DNA of 64,000 nt, from the NCBI GenBank assembly GCA_029953675.1, contig JAMWBK010000012.1, positions 620,001-684,000 on the forward strand, in the 5' to 3' direction. The stretch comes from Rhodosorus marinus CCMP1338 (lineage: Eukaryota; Plantae; Rhodophyta). Position 1 is the stretch's first letter, and each line of letters starts with the position of its first letter. Of this stretch, positions 48,601 through 59,089 are shown in pieces. Below the pieces are notes generated by a model. That model was not told the DNA's origin. It made no database searches and was given only the letters and a program-made list of their open reading frames with translations. A program made the position numbers and the translations under genes.

Positions 48601-48987
48601 GGCCAGCGCCCACCTCACCGCAGCCGCCCGCCGCCGGGGGGCCGCGGCTTCAGCCCTTCGAAGAGTTAAGGAACGACGGTATGCTGAGAGCATGGCCAGT
48701 CTGCCTTGCGCTGAGGGTCGCTCTCACCGGTTCCAGCCATTCATTGTGGAAAGCTTTGGTCACGTCGATAAGTCGGGTTTAGAGTGGTTGCGGAAATGTT
48801 TTGCTGAGCATCCTACTGAATATTTGGCGCTCTTGAGGCGTTTAAGTGTCTCCCTTTGGCGATATTCCAGCGACATGCTTTCCGAGGCGCGCCATCGGCG
48901 CCTGGGGTTGCATGCTTCCCTCCCTAGTTATTAGTTCATCTTCACGCCTTGCGTAGCGCTTCAGGCTATGCTAGTAAAGTCCAGTCC
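45671..48987 (+). mobile_element. Longest CRE-clade family A element (3.3 kb), RT + CCHC + RLE, 11-bp TSD
   Basis: RT motifs RCPGPSGLR, RLRPIGMVESLRK, VDFRNAFNSVSR, GVQQGDPCGPLL, AYHDDV; CQGC...HFLGSC; RCIADLLV...YVDLAIT...KERRY...PFIVESFG. TSD agtaagaccag at 45660-45670 and 48988-48998. Four -1 frameshifts. Confidence 0.93.
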
Positions 48988-49371
48988 AGTAAGACCAGTT
49001 GCTACTGCAACTCCGCAATTATATCACAGAACGACATGAGCTCAAAGTCCTCTTCCCAAGATGCCCCCACTACAAGAGGCATCTCAGCTTCTCCATGCGG
49101 TGGCCACTCACTCAAGCCCGAGAGATGAGCATCTGTAGGATGTAAAAAGGCGCTGCTGAATAGGACTCTGTGGAGGAGAAGCGCACTCACCACTAGTTGA
49201 GCGTGCAAACGAGAAAAATCGCACTGATCATCCGTTGCCAGCAGTATAGAATATCAACCCACTGCCATCCGTCCACGTTCCAGCATTTAGCAAGAGAGCC
49301 TGCAGAATCTCCACAGACCCGATTTGACCCCTGGAGACGACGTTGTCGATGGAGGGATGGATGGATGGATT

Positions 49372-50720
49372 TACTAACATAGCGTGAAGCGCATCGGAGA
49401 GCGTGAAAGGGAACTAGAAACTAGGGAGAAAAGCGTGTAAACCCAGACGGCGATGGTGCCTCGGCGAGCATGCTCCTAGAATATCGTAGCGCTTTAGGCT
49501 GCCGCCAGACGCTCAGCATATGTTGACCTCGCGATTTCATGCCCTGTGGCAAGACCCCATCTCACGGCTGCCGCCTGCCGCCGGGCAGCAGTTGCTTCGG
49601 CCCTTCGCTGCGTGAAGGAACGACGGTATGCTGAGAGTATGGCCAGTTTGCCTCGCGCTGAAGGTCGCTCTCACCGGTTCCAGCCTTTCATTGTGAAAGC
49701 TTTGGTTACGTGGAGAAGGCGGGTTTGGAGTGGTTGCGGAAAGTTTCACTGAGCATCCTGTTGAATACTTGGAGCTTTTGCGGCGTTTAAGTGTCTCTCT
49801 TTGGCGATATTCGAGCATCATCCTTTCCGAGGCGCGCCATCGGCGCCTGGGTTTGCACGCTTCCCTACCTAGTACTTAGTTCCTTTTCACGGTTTGCGTA
49901 GTGCTTTAGGCTATGATAATAAAGCCAATAAAGCCAATAGAAACCAGAATATCGCTGGAGAGCGACACTAAACCCGCGTAGGAGTCCCCGATATTCAACC
50001 GGTTGGTCAGTAAAACATTTCCGCAGCCATTCCAAGCTGAACTTTTCCAGATGCCCAAAACTCTCCACAATGAAAAGCCTGGAACCTGTGAGAACGGCCC
50101 TCTGCACAGGGCAGACTGGCCATGCGCTCATCATATCCTCGTTCCTTCAGTCGGCGAAGTACAGAAGCTGTTGGCCCCCGGCGCAGAGCGCCTGAGGGGA
50201 GATGGGTATTTGACACGAAAACGCATGAATGAATGAATGCATGAATTTGTCGAATCCAGGAAAGACGGTCAGGGCGTTCGCGGAACACTTCCCGAGGCCA
50301 ACGAGAACCAACCGAATCCAGAAACCCAAAGCACTCAATGACCAGAGGTACCACGCGATGAGTTAGAGCCGAAGCACGAATGCCTGGGGAACACAAAATC
50401 AAAATACCCGCATATTTCAACTTTTTGCGACGTCTCATACTGGCAGCAAAAAATCTACGGCGCTCTCCCGCAGCCGGCAGATAACAACTAGCCTGAGGAT
50501 TAGGAACGGTAAGATCAACGTACGTCTCACGGCGGCGATCGTCACAAATGACCACGAGGTCATGTACCCGGCGTTCATCACTTGGGTAGTATGCAACAGG
50601 CACGGGCTTTTCACGTTCAATCTCAAGACCGGCTTTTGCCGTACGATAGGCCGAAGTTCGTGGTATGCCAGGTTCAAGATCCGCGTATGTCGTCGGGTTC
50701 GGGCGAAGGCTGCCGGCTTG
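49372..50720. mobile_element. Inverted copy of the CRE fragment composite at 36455-37850
   Basis: A 3' end (-), A fragment with tail aataaagccaataaagcc (+), A-variant (-), B-variant (-, ORF 50007-50753). Confidence 0.85.
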
Positions 50721-51203
50721 TAAACGTTGTCGATAAAGGCATTCCAGTTGCATGGGGTAAATTGGCGATTTTATTATTCTTCAGGTACCTACGAATACTA
50801 GAATAGCTAGTCTCACGTCTGACTTGCATTGCGAGAATAAGCCTTCTGTGAGGGCCCCGACCGGCTGTTTTTTTGTTGACCCGTTTGAGCTCACTGCTAC
50901 ATTGGCAAATTTATTATTTTACAGTTATGTACGAATACTAGGTGAGCTGTTGTCACCTCTGGCTTGCATTGCTAGAATATAAGCCTTCTGTGAGGGACCC
51001 GACCGGCTGTCGTTGTTTTGTTGACCCATTTGCGCTCACTGCTGTGGTGTGTGAAGGGCTGATCTGATGTTGGGGCACGCCTGATTTGCGCCTTCACTAG
51101 TTTTCCTTTGCCCCTGAGTGAGGTTTCTTGATAAACACATAATGATCCTGTGCATGTGTGCAAAGTCTACAGATAGGCGTTCCCAGTGCTAGTTCTGCAA
51201 CTT

Positions 51204-52055
51204 TCAGCACGTGCGTCTTGTCGATGAAAAAGGAGCAACACAGTTCGGTGGCGGCCTACGCCTTGTTTTGGATTCGCTGACATAGCACTGGTCGCAAGTT
51301 GTACCGCTGCTTACTGGTTGGCACGCGTCTCCGCACTTGTTCCCGAACGTTACAACTGCTTGTTCTGGATATGCATAGCAGACTGTCGTACCCCAGTAGC
51401 AGCTTGTTACACCCGTTATTGGGTTGATACCGCACGTCGCAGCCCCGGTACTTCCGCACACACTCGTCACCGTCATCTTCAGACCGGTGTAATCTCGCTC
51501 GTTAACAATGCATGCGCCGCTCTTGGTTTTACACTGGTACAGCTTCTGCGGCTGATTGTTTGGTATAGCGCAAATCACGTTGACCTTGTTCACAAAGTCT
51601 GCCAACTTACAACCGCCGCTAGTAGCAATCTCCTTCAACTTGCTCTTCAAAGCGTTGTCCATGACAGTTGGTATACCTTCGTCATACCACATCTGCGGAC
51701 ACTGGCACAGCTCGCATTCCAAATTATGGTCCGAGTCCACGTTGCATGTAGCCTTTCTAAGGTTGATCTTATTCTGGATCAAGTTGGGGTTGGGAGGACA
51801 CGAACCTCCACACTTGTTTCCTTCGCTAGCCTTGCATGTCACCACCTGGCACTTGCTGTCGCAGCATGATGAGCATTCATCGGAATCGCAAGGAATCGGG
51901 GTAGGGATCGGGGTCGGTGTCACTGTAGGGGTCGGTGTCACTGTAGGGGTCGGGGTTGCACGTTGCTCCCGTTGAGAATCTTGCGTTCGCAATGTGACAG
52001 CTACGGTCGCTCCCACCAATCCAAGCACCACAAAAGCCAATCCGTGTATCTTCAT
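51204..52055 (-). CDS. Unknown secreted Cys-rich protein, copy 5 (283 aa, one extra TPTPTV)
   Basis: Intact paralog with an 18-bp stalk duplication. Confidence 0.85.
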   Translation of the reverse strand: MKIHGLAFVVLGLVGATVAVTLRTQDSQREQRATPTPTVTPTPTVTPTPIPTPIPCDSDECSSCCDSKCQVVTCKASEGNKCGGSCPPNPNLIQNKINLRKATCNVDSDHNLECELCQCPQMWYDEGIPTVMDNALKSKLKEIATSGGCKLADFVNKVNVICAIPNNQPQKLYQCKTKSGACIVNERDYTGLKMTVTSVCGSTGAATCGINPITGVTSCYWGTTVCYAYPEQAVVTFGNKCGDACQPVSSGTTCDQCYVSESKTRRRPPPNCVAPFSSTRRTC

Positions 52056-53142
52056 CCTTGTTACTTTTCAGTTGTTGTCTCTCCTATGTCAATGTCTTCC
52101 TCTTGCTTAAAGGCAATATCTAATTGAGTGATCTGACCAACCCCAGAGTCATTTGAAGCAACCTCATCTCAAGTCCCACTCTTATAGGGACGCCGCGGTG
52201 GCAAGCAGTTAACGTTGGGCCGCTCCAAGCAGCTAGACTTGCCTCGAAGATATGACGTTCGGCAGAGCATCAGCAGCTGCCGTAGTTGACGGGTGTCAAA
52301 AAAACCCATCGTACCCCTTGCTGTGGTGGATCTATCAAGCACTTATCAACCTCAATCGATAAGGTTTTCAATAGCTACCGCTCGGTCAGAACTGTTTTCT
52401 ATATACTGACTGCACTGCGTAGGAGACCAGGTTGGGAAAACCACTATCAGCATCTTAGCGAGTCCCGCTATCGCTGTCCTGGCTTGTACAGTTGTGCTCC
52501 GCAACTCTATAAATTTGCTCTTCCTGCGCGAGTTAGCATCGCACTGAGCTTCGGTAGTTTGAAGAAAGCGGTCTGTTGCCCCGCACGACGCAGGGCAGAG
52601 CGTCAGCAATACGCAAACGTGCGCAAAACCCGCACCACGAGTAAAACCACGAAAATCTGTGACTGGGCGCTAAAAGGAGAACCTGTGCTGTCATTGGCAT
52701 ATTGGACAACATCTGATACTCAAATTTTTGTTTTTTAAATTGAGAGCTCCCTGTTAAGCAGGTGACAGCATGGGTAGTGTCCGGTCGGTTCCAGGGTCAC
52801 CTGCAGCCTCCACAGTCTGAGTGGCATGACCAGAACGTCCCGGACCACGTTGTGTGTCACTGCTTTCCGGGCAATTTGACCCTCAAAATGATACTTACAA
52901 AGGCAGGGTCATTTGCAGTTGGGTTCCATTCGCTACTGAACATCATCGCTCACCGTGAGAATACTGAAAACAAATTGAAACAACCCCAAAACAGCATATA
53001 TTGAGTCCTGACGGTGCTGATGGGGTGTCTACGGTCATAATTTTCGGCACTCCATTTGTCCTCGTGGCTCTGAACCACTCAGAGTCAGGAAGAACGAGAC
53101 TGAAACTTTGCTCTTTGGGAGGGACCTTAAGGTGTGCCGCAG

Positions 53143-53222
53143 CGAGTACTTCGCCGCGCTTAGTCTTTTTTTCCCCTCGGGGTTTTTTTTTTCAGCCTCC
53201 GATTAAACCATTCGTTCGTTTC
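53143..53222 (+). mobile_element. 80-bp family B 3'-end insertion (empty site in the paralog at ~43290)
   Basis: ggtgtgccgcag|cgagtact...cattcgttcgtttc|taatataagc; the paralog reads ggtgtgccgcagtaatataagc on the minus strand. Confidence 0.9.
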
Positions 53223-53753
53223 TAATATAAGCAGTATCGTAAATAGATCGTAGATAGCCGGTATGCAGAAATTATGCAGAAATATAGATGTTATAGGGTG
53301 TTTTATTTTAATTCATTGAATGTGGAAGATTGTATCGTACGCAAGCCGGAGATCGTTCGTCCTCATTGTATATGATCGTTGACTTTAGAAATTGTAGGAA
53401 CTCCATAAGTGATCTGGGCTCCTCAAACTAGTCTAGGGTTAATAGCGTAGATTAGAACCTATCTACACCTAGAACCAACGTAAACCCAGACTAACCTGAC
53501 CCCGTATAGTATCTATATAATGTGCTAAGCTACTCTTTGATCCGAGGGGTTGCTTGATTTTGGGGGACAGTGTATACGCCTTATTGACTCCAAACGCTAG
53601 GAGAAAGAGCTTCCCGCTCCATTTGGGATTAAAAATAGAGGGGGTACTGGTTCTGGTGATATTTTTTTTGTTCCGAGAGGAGGGGGGGTGAGTGAGGGAG
53701 GACGGATAAGTACTATTCTTGTGAACAGAACTAAAACAAGACAGTACTGGGGT

Positions 53754-53940
53754 CTGACGGTGATGGTCAGTTTTCCATTAATAGACTATTGTCTTGACTG
53801 TTGATTTTTTTTTCCCAAGACAGTACTGGGGTCTGACGGTGATGGTCAGTTTTCCATTAATAGACTATTGTCTTGACTGTTGATTTTTTTTTCCCTGCGA
53901 AAAGTATGATAGTGAAAGAGCTCTTACCATCACCGTCAGG
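53754..53940. mobile_element. MITE-like element with an internal duplication (inverted paralog of 42648)
   Basis: ctgacggtgatggtcag occurs twice, then ...accatcaccgtcagg; a further TIR ends at 54195. Confidence 0.65.
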
Positions 53941-54920
53941 AGCAATGGGGCAGTTTCGTCTTGTTTCAGTTTTGTTTTTTTTCCACTATCGTATGTACAC
54001 CCCAACGCAACTGCTTTTTTCGTCTGTGCGCGTTCCGCATCAATCTGCCTGCGAATGACCTCACCACAGGAAGTTCCGAATACTCAGGCTAGTTGTTAAT
54101 TGTCCGCTGTTTGGGAGAGCGCCGTGCATTTGCCGCTGCCAGTAGAGAGGTCGCGAAAGTATGATAGTGAAAGAGCTCTTACCATCACCGTCAGGAGCAA
54201 TGGGGCAGTTTCGTCTTGTTTCAGTTTGTTTTTTTTCCACTATCGTATGTACCCCAACGCAAGTGCTTTTTTCGTCTGTGCGCGTTCCGCATCAATCTGC
54301 CTGCGAATGACCTCACCACAGGAAGTTCCGAATACTCAGGCTAGTTGTTAATTGTCCGCTGTTTGGGAGAGCGCCGTGCATTTGCCGCTGCCAGTAGAGA
54401 GGTCGCGAAAGAGTTAAAATATCCCGGGGGCTCTGTCTCCCCTGGCATTCGTGCTTTGGCTCTGAAGTTGATAGCTCGGGTCATTCAGTCCTTTTGGGTG
54501 GGTGATAGCGGGACTCGCTAGGATGCTGATAGTGGGTTTCCCAACCTCGTCTCCTACGCAGTGCAGCCAGTATATAGAAAACCGTTCTGGCATAGCGGTA
54601 ACTCTTGAAAAACTTATCAATTGAGGCTGATAAGTGCTTGATAGGTCCACCGCAGCAAGGGGTACGATGGGTTTTTTTGACACCTGCCACCCACGGTAGC
54701 TGCTGATACTGTGGCGAACGTCATATCTTGGAGGCAAGTCTAGCTGCTTGGAGCGGCCCAACGTTAACTGCTTGCCACCGCGGCGTCCCTATAAGAGTGG
54801 GACTTGAGATGAGGTTGCTTCAAATGACTCTGGGGTTGGTCAGATCACTCAATTAGATATTGCCTTTAAGCAAGAGGAAGACATTGACATAGGAGAGACA
54901 ACAACTGAAAAGTAACAAGG

Positions 54921-55754
54921 ATGAAGATACACGGATTGGCTTTTGTGGTGCTTGGATTGGTGGGAGCGACCGTAGCTGTCACATTGCGAACGCAAGATTC
55001 TCTGCGGGAGCGACGTCCAACCCCGACTCCTACAGTGACACCGACCCCGATCCCTACCCCGATTCCTTGCGATTCCGATGAATGTTCATCATGCTGCGAC
55101 AGCAAATGCCAGGTCGTGGCATGCAAGGCTAGCGAAGGAAACAAGTGTGGAGGTTCGTGTCCGGCCAACCCCAACTTGATCCAGAATAAGATCAACCTTA
55201 GAAAGGCTACATGCAACGTGGACTCGGACCATAATTTGGAATGCGAGCTGTGCCAGTGTCCGCAGATGTGGTATGACGAAGGTATACCAACTGTCATGGA
55301 CAACGCTTTGAAGAGCAAGTTGAAGGAGATTGCTACTAGCGGCGGTTGTAAGTTGGCAGACTTTGTGAACAAGGTCAACGTGATTTGCGCTATACCAAAC
55401 AATCAGCCACAGAAGCTGTACCAGTGTAAAACCAAGAGCGGCGCATGCATTGTTAACGAGCGGGATTACACCGGTCTGAAGATGACGGTGACGAGTGTGT
55501 GTGGAAATACCGGGGCTGCGACGTGCAGTATCAACCCAATAACGGGTGTAACAAGCTGCTACTGGGGTACGACAGTCTGCTATGCATATCCAGAACAAGC
55601 AGTTGTAACGTTCGGGAACAAGTGCGGAGACGCGTGCCAACCAGTAAGCAGCGGTACAACTTGCGACCAGTGCTATGTCAGCGAATCCAAAACAAGGCGT
55701 AGGCCGCCACCGAACTGTGTTGCTCCTTTTTCATCGACAAGACGCACGTGCTGA
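54921..55754 (+). CDS. Unknown secreted Cys-rich protein, copy 6 (277 aa)
   Basis: Intact paralog. Confidence 0.85.
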   Translation: MKIHGLAFVVLGLVGATVAVTLRTQDSLRERRPTPTPTVTPTPIPTPIPCDSDECSSCCDSKCQVVACKASEGNKCGGSCPANPNLIQNKINLRKATCNVDSDHNLECELCQCPQMWYDEGIPTVMDNALKSKLKEIATSGGCKLADFVNKVNVICAIPNNQPQKLYQCKTKSGACIVNERDYTGLKMTVTSVCGNTGAATCSINPITGVTSCYWGTTVCYAYPEQAVVTFGNKCGDACQPVSSGTTCDQCYVSESKTRRRPPPNCVAPFSSTRRTC

Positions 55755-56178
55755 AAGTTGCAGAACTAGCACTGGGAACGCCTATCTGTAGACTTTACAC
55801 ACATGCACAGGATCATTATGTGTTTATCAAGAAACCTCACTCAGGGGCAAAGGAAAACTAGTGAAGGCGCAAATCAGGCGTGCCCCAACATCAGATCAGC
55901 CCTTCACACACCACAGCAGTGAGCGCAAATGGGTCAACAAAACAACGCCAGCCGGTCGGGTCCCTCACAGAAGGCTTATATTCTAGCAATGCAAGCCAGA
56001 GGTGACAACAGCTCACCTAGTATTCGTAGATAACTGAAAAATAATAAAATTGCCAATGTTATCCCATGGAAACGGAATCCCTTTCGAAAATGTTTACAAA
56101 CCGGCATCCCTGGCCTAGTCTCTGTACTTCTCCTATCAAAATCGCCTTACGCCGTCCGTAGCGCTTTAGGCTATGCTA

Positions 56179-59057
56179 GCCCTATCCTTGTGGGCCTCTA
56201 ATGCATCGTGGGCCTTGCAGCTCGTTCTCCTGCGTCTCGCGACTGAGGTGCCGGCTGTTCGTATCTACGCCTATGACGACGACGTGACCTTGCTGGGCGC
56301 TCCTGAAACCCTGGCTCGGGGGTTGACCCAGATCGAAACGATTGCACGTGGAGTAGGTCTGACGGTGGAACCCGAAAAGTGTCGTTTTCTCAATGCAAGT
56401 GAAGTTTCGATAGCCTCTCCGCCATCTAATCTACGAACCATTTGCGAACGGGAAGGGTTGGATCACCACGGTGTCGGTTTCGGCAGCAACAACTTCTTCC
56501 AAGCCTCTTGCGAACGAGCTTTGACTCGGCACAAGCAGCTCACTGACGCCATTGAGCGCCTTCCAGACAGCCTGTGGCAATCGGCCTGCTTGCTTTCCCG
56601 CTTTTGTGCCGGTCCCCGACTCGACTACTGGTTGCGTAGGCTACCACCCGACTGGGGTTCGTGGATAGCCGCCAAGGCCGACGAGATGACGCTGAACCAC
56701 TGGGGCACGCTCTTGGATGAACCCCTCGATCTTGAAGCGGCTCCCGAGCGGGACTTAATTGGTGCCCAGCTCGCTCTGCCGTTGCACTTAGAGGGATTTG
56801 GTGTCGCAGATCGGGGGCTCGTCTGCTCTCCTGCGGCAGTCGCCTCCTGGGCAACCGCGCTCCGTACGTTGGTGACTTTCCGGATACAAAGTGCCTGCCT
56901 TTTGGCTCGAGCACTGACTAGCGAGGACCCAGTGACCCTTTCTTCCCAACTTTTGACGATCTATGATGGTCTACAACAGGCGTTCCAGAAGTGCGACGCC
57001 GTACCGGACGAGAATCGATCCCGTTTTGGCTCCTGGTGGGTACTGCTATAGGGACGAACTGAGGCGATTGAGGACTCACCCATTGACAGAGTTCTTGCCG
57101 ATGAGGGAGAAGCTAGCTCCGGGTCACCTGTTGCAGACTACCCAGGTCTGAGCCGATTGTGGAGCTCCCGCACTGATGTGATTCAACATAGCCTCACCTG
57201 GGGCCAACACAGTGCCGCTCACGCAATCTTGCTCAACTCTCCCCTCACACCGCCTACCACCGCCGCTCGGCTTCGCGGCATGGGAGGCCAACTCTCGCAC
57301 CTGTGGTTAGCCACTCTGCCTTCGTCGCCGGGTCGCCGTCTCGATGCCTTCCAGTTCCTCTCCGCCGCACGGATCTACTTACGTTTGCCACAAGCCCCGT
57401 GGCACTCTAATCGGCCGTCTTTCTGTCAGGGATGTGAGAGCCGGATTGACGCTTGTGGCTACCACTTCTTGTGTTCATACGGACTGTTGTGAGGTCTCCG
57501 CACGAGGCGCCGCACTCGTCTCAAGTACATTCTAAGCGAATGTTTAACTCGGGTAGGGCATACGGTTGAGGTGGAATCGGAACTACCCAGATCGGTCTCG
57601 GACACGGCGCAGGCCCGCTGTATCGCAGATCTTCTTGTATCAGACCCTGCCGCCCGACGCTCAGCATATGTTGACCTCGCGCTTACATGCCCTGTGGCGA
57701 GCGCCCACCTCAGGGCTGCCGCCCGCCGCCGACGGGCAGCCGCTTCGGCTATTGCTGAGAGCATGGCCAGTCTGCCCTACGCCGAGGGTCGCTCCCACCG
57801 GTTCCAGCCTTTCATTGTGGAAACCTTTGGTCATGTCGATAAGTCGGGTTTAGAGTGGTTGCGGAAATGTTTCGCTGAGCATCCTACTGAGTACTTGGCG
57901 CTTTTACGGCGTTTGAGTGCCGCCCTGTGGCGATATTCTAGCAGCATGCTTGCCGGTGCGCGTCATCGGCGCCTGGGTTTGCACGCTTCCCTCCCTAGTT
58001 CTTAGTTCCTTTCCACGCCTTGCGTAGCGCTTCAGGCTATGCTAATAAAGCTCGCTCACTGATGTGATTCAACATAGCCTCACCTGGGGCCAACACAGTG
58101 CCGCTCACGCAATCTTGCTCAACTCTCCACTCACACCGCCTACCACCGCCGTTCGCCTCCGCGGCATGGGAGGCCATCCATCACATTTGTGGTTAACGAC
58201 CCTGCCGTCATCACTGGGTCACCGTCTGGATGCCTTCCAGTTTCGCTCTGCCGCACGGATTTACCTGGGTTTGCCACAAGCTCCGTGGCACTCTAATCGG
58301 CCGTCTTTCTGTCAGGGATGTGAGAGTCGGATCGATGCTTGTGGTTACCATTTCTTAGGTTCATGCGGACTGTTGCGAGGTCTTCGTACGAGGCGTCACG
58401 CTCGCTTCAAGTACATTCTCAGCGAATGTTTGACTCGGGTAGGGCATACGCTTGAGGTGGAATCGGAACTACCCAGATCGGTCTCGGATAGGGCACCGCC
58501 CCGCTGTATCGCAGATCTCCTCGTCTCCGATGCTGCCGCCAGACGCTCAGCATATGTTGACCTTGCGATTACATGCCCTGTGGCAAGCGCCCATCTCACG
58601 GCTGCCGCCCGCCACCGGGCAGCAGTTGCTTCGGCCCTTCGCCGCGTGAAGGAACGACGGTATGCTGAGAGTATGGCCAGCCTGCCTCGCGCTGAGGGTC
58701 GCTCCCACCGGTTCCAGCCTTTCATTGTGGAAAGCTTTGGTCACGTGGAGAAGTCGGGTTTGGAGTGGTTGCGGAAATGTTTCACTGAGCATCCTGTTGA
58801 ATACTTGGAACTTTTGCGGCGCTTGAGTGTCTCTCTGTGGCGATATTCGAGCAGCATGCTTGCCGAGGCGCGCCATCGGCGCCTGGGTTTGCACGCTTCC
58901 CTACCTAGTTCTTAGTTCCTTTTCACGGTTTGCGTAGCGCTGTAGGCTATGCTAATAAAGCCAGCCAATAAAGCCAGTAAAGCCCAGTAAAGCCCAGTAA
59001 AGCCAGTAAAGCCCAGTAAAGCCCAATAAAGATAATAAAACCAATAAATAAAGCCAG
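56179..59057 (+). mobile_element. Head-to-tail pair of 5'-truncated family A (subfamily A2) copies with a long tail
   Basis: Copy 1 (56179-~58038) runs from the RT YDDDV region to HASLPSS and has in-frame stops; copy 2 (~58038-58953) is followed by ~100 bp of (A[AG]TAAAGCC[C])n. Confidence 0.9.
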
Positions 59058-59089
59058 TTACACTCCAGCCCTTGCGTGGCGCAAATCCA

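Larger units (their letters stand above)
40210..56178. repeat. Large inverted duplication: ~40210-45670 versus ~50830-56178 (divergent Cys-gene pair plus spacer)
   Basis: Spacer 42380-43740 is found reverse-complemented at 52740-54420 (e.g. gggtttacgttggttctaggtgtag versus ctacacctagaaccaacgtaaaccc); gene order and flanks mirror each other. Confidence 0.88.

Noticed and set aside
30151-55702. Recurrent 183-aa, 178-aa and 67-aa ORFs overlapping each Cys-rich gene
   Set aside because: Antisense or alternate-frame shadows, conserved only because the gene is duplicated.
30037-55754. Diversity-generating retroelement-like hypermutation of the Cys-rich genes by the adjacent RTs
   Set aside because: Differences are few and scattered, mix synonymous and non-synonymous changes, and show no adenine bias or template/variable repeat pair. 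The RTs are CRE-clade, not DGR-type.
58954-59057. CRISPR-like or regularly spaced array
   Set aside because: Contiguous degenerate 9-10-mers with no unique spacers; eukaryotic context; no cas genes.
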